Of a stretch of DNA of 35,237 nt, positions 35,035 through 35,237 are shown in pieces. Origin of the DNA: a virus (lineage: Duplodnaviria; Caudoviricetes); IMG/VR virus record IMGVR_UViG_3300021411_000017, positions 1 through 35,237 of that record. One strand, given 5' to 3'. Both the position numbers and the translations under genes were made by a program. The notes below the pieces were generated by a model. It did not search any database. It was given only the letters and a program-made list of their open reading frames with translations, and was not told where the DNA came from. Numbering within the stretch: the first letter of the stretch is position 1; each line of letters starts with the position of its first letter.

Positions 35035-35237
35035 CTATTTCATAGCACCTTGCGCCATATTCTTATTCATATAAAACTGAATGGCCTGGCGAAGACCATT
35101 CAACATAGCGGGAGGAACAGGCGGTTGTCCTCCTCCTTGTTGCATAGGTGGACCTTGTTGAGGCATTGGAGCAGCCATTTGTCCGGATTGCGGACGCATG
35201 GGAGTGCCTGGCTGTTGAACCTGTCCTCTAGCCATAG
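35035..35237 (-). CDS. C-terminus of a gene truncated by the window edge, probably the portal protein
   Basis: Pro/Gln/Met-rich tail in an open frame reaching the edge; identity inferred from gene order only. Confidence 0.45.
   Translation of the reverse strand, partial: MARGQVQQPGTPMRPQSGQMAAPMPQQGPPMQQGGGQPPVPPAMLNGLRQAIQFYMNKNMAQGAMK
35180..35196. promoter_or_regulatory. 17-bp palindromic site, copy 5 (TGTCCGGATTGCGGACG)
   Basis: Inside the low-complexity tail of the probable portal gene. Confidence 0.75.

Noticed and set aside
3491-35196. Palindromes as CRISPR repeats or terminators
   Set aside because: They are kilobases apart with no spacer array, three are intragenic, and they lack consistent U-tracts
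1-35237. Genome-wide stop codon reassignment
   Set aside because: Genes tile densely in the standard code; TGA ends genes with ATGA/GTGA overlaps on both arms (507, 1959, 24086) and TAG ends several genes cleanly

Overview
This is a segment of a tailed dsDNA bacteriophage genome with podovirus-like gene order, arranged as two convergent arms. The + strand (1-16.4 kb) carries small early genes (many with zinc-binding motifs), a consensus sigma70 promoter and a Cas4-like nuclease/AAA ATPase/SSB recombination module. It continues with a ParB-HTH-DNA methyltransferase fusion, a UDG-exonuclease-PolA fusion polymerase, a DUF3987-type helicase, an Nmad1-like protein and a SleB-type cell wall hydrolase. 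The - strand (16.4-35.2 kb) carries virion genes: probable portal C-terminus, scaffold, major capsid, decoration proteins, tail adaptor and nozzle, fibre/lectin proteins and internal (ejection) proteins. The strongest unexplained signal is a 17-bp palindrome, TGTCCG-N5-CGGAC(A/G), found five times at 5-12 kb spacing. One copy lies inside the ParB-MTase gene, which suggests a parS-like loading system for a methyltransferase. Other highlights are an ADP-ribosyltransferase-like R-S-E motif in an ejection-region protein, a three-way-junction RNA with complementary loops between capsid-associated genes, a TGA that splits a zinc ribbon, a heptamer array in front of polA, and a polymerase with a divergent O-helix. 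All family assignments come from motif recognition by eye; no searches were run.
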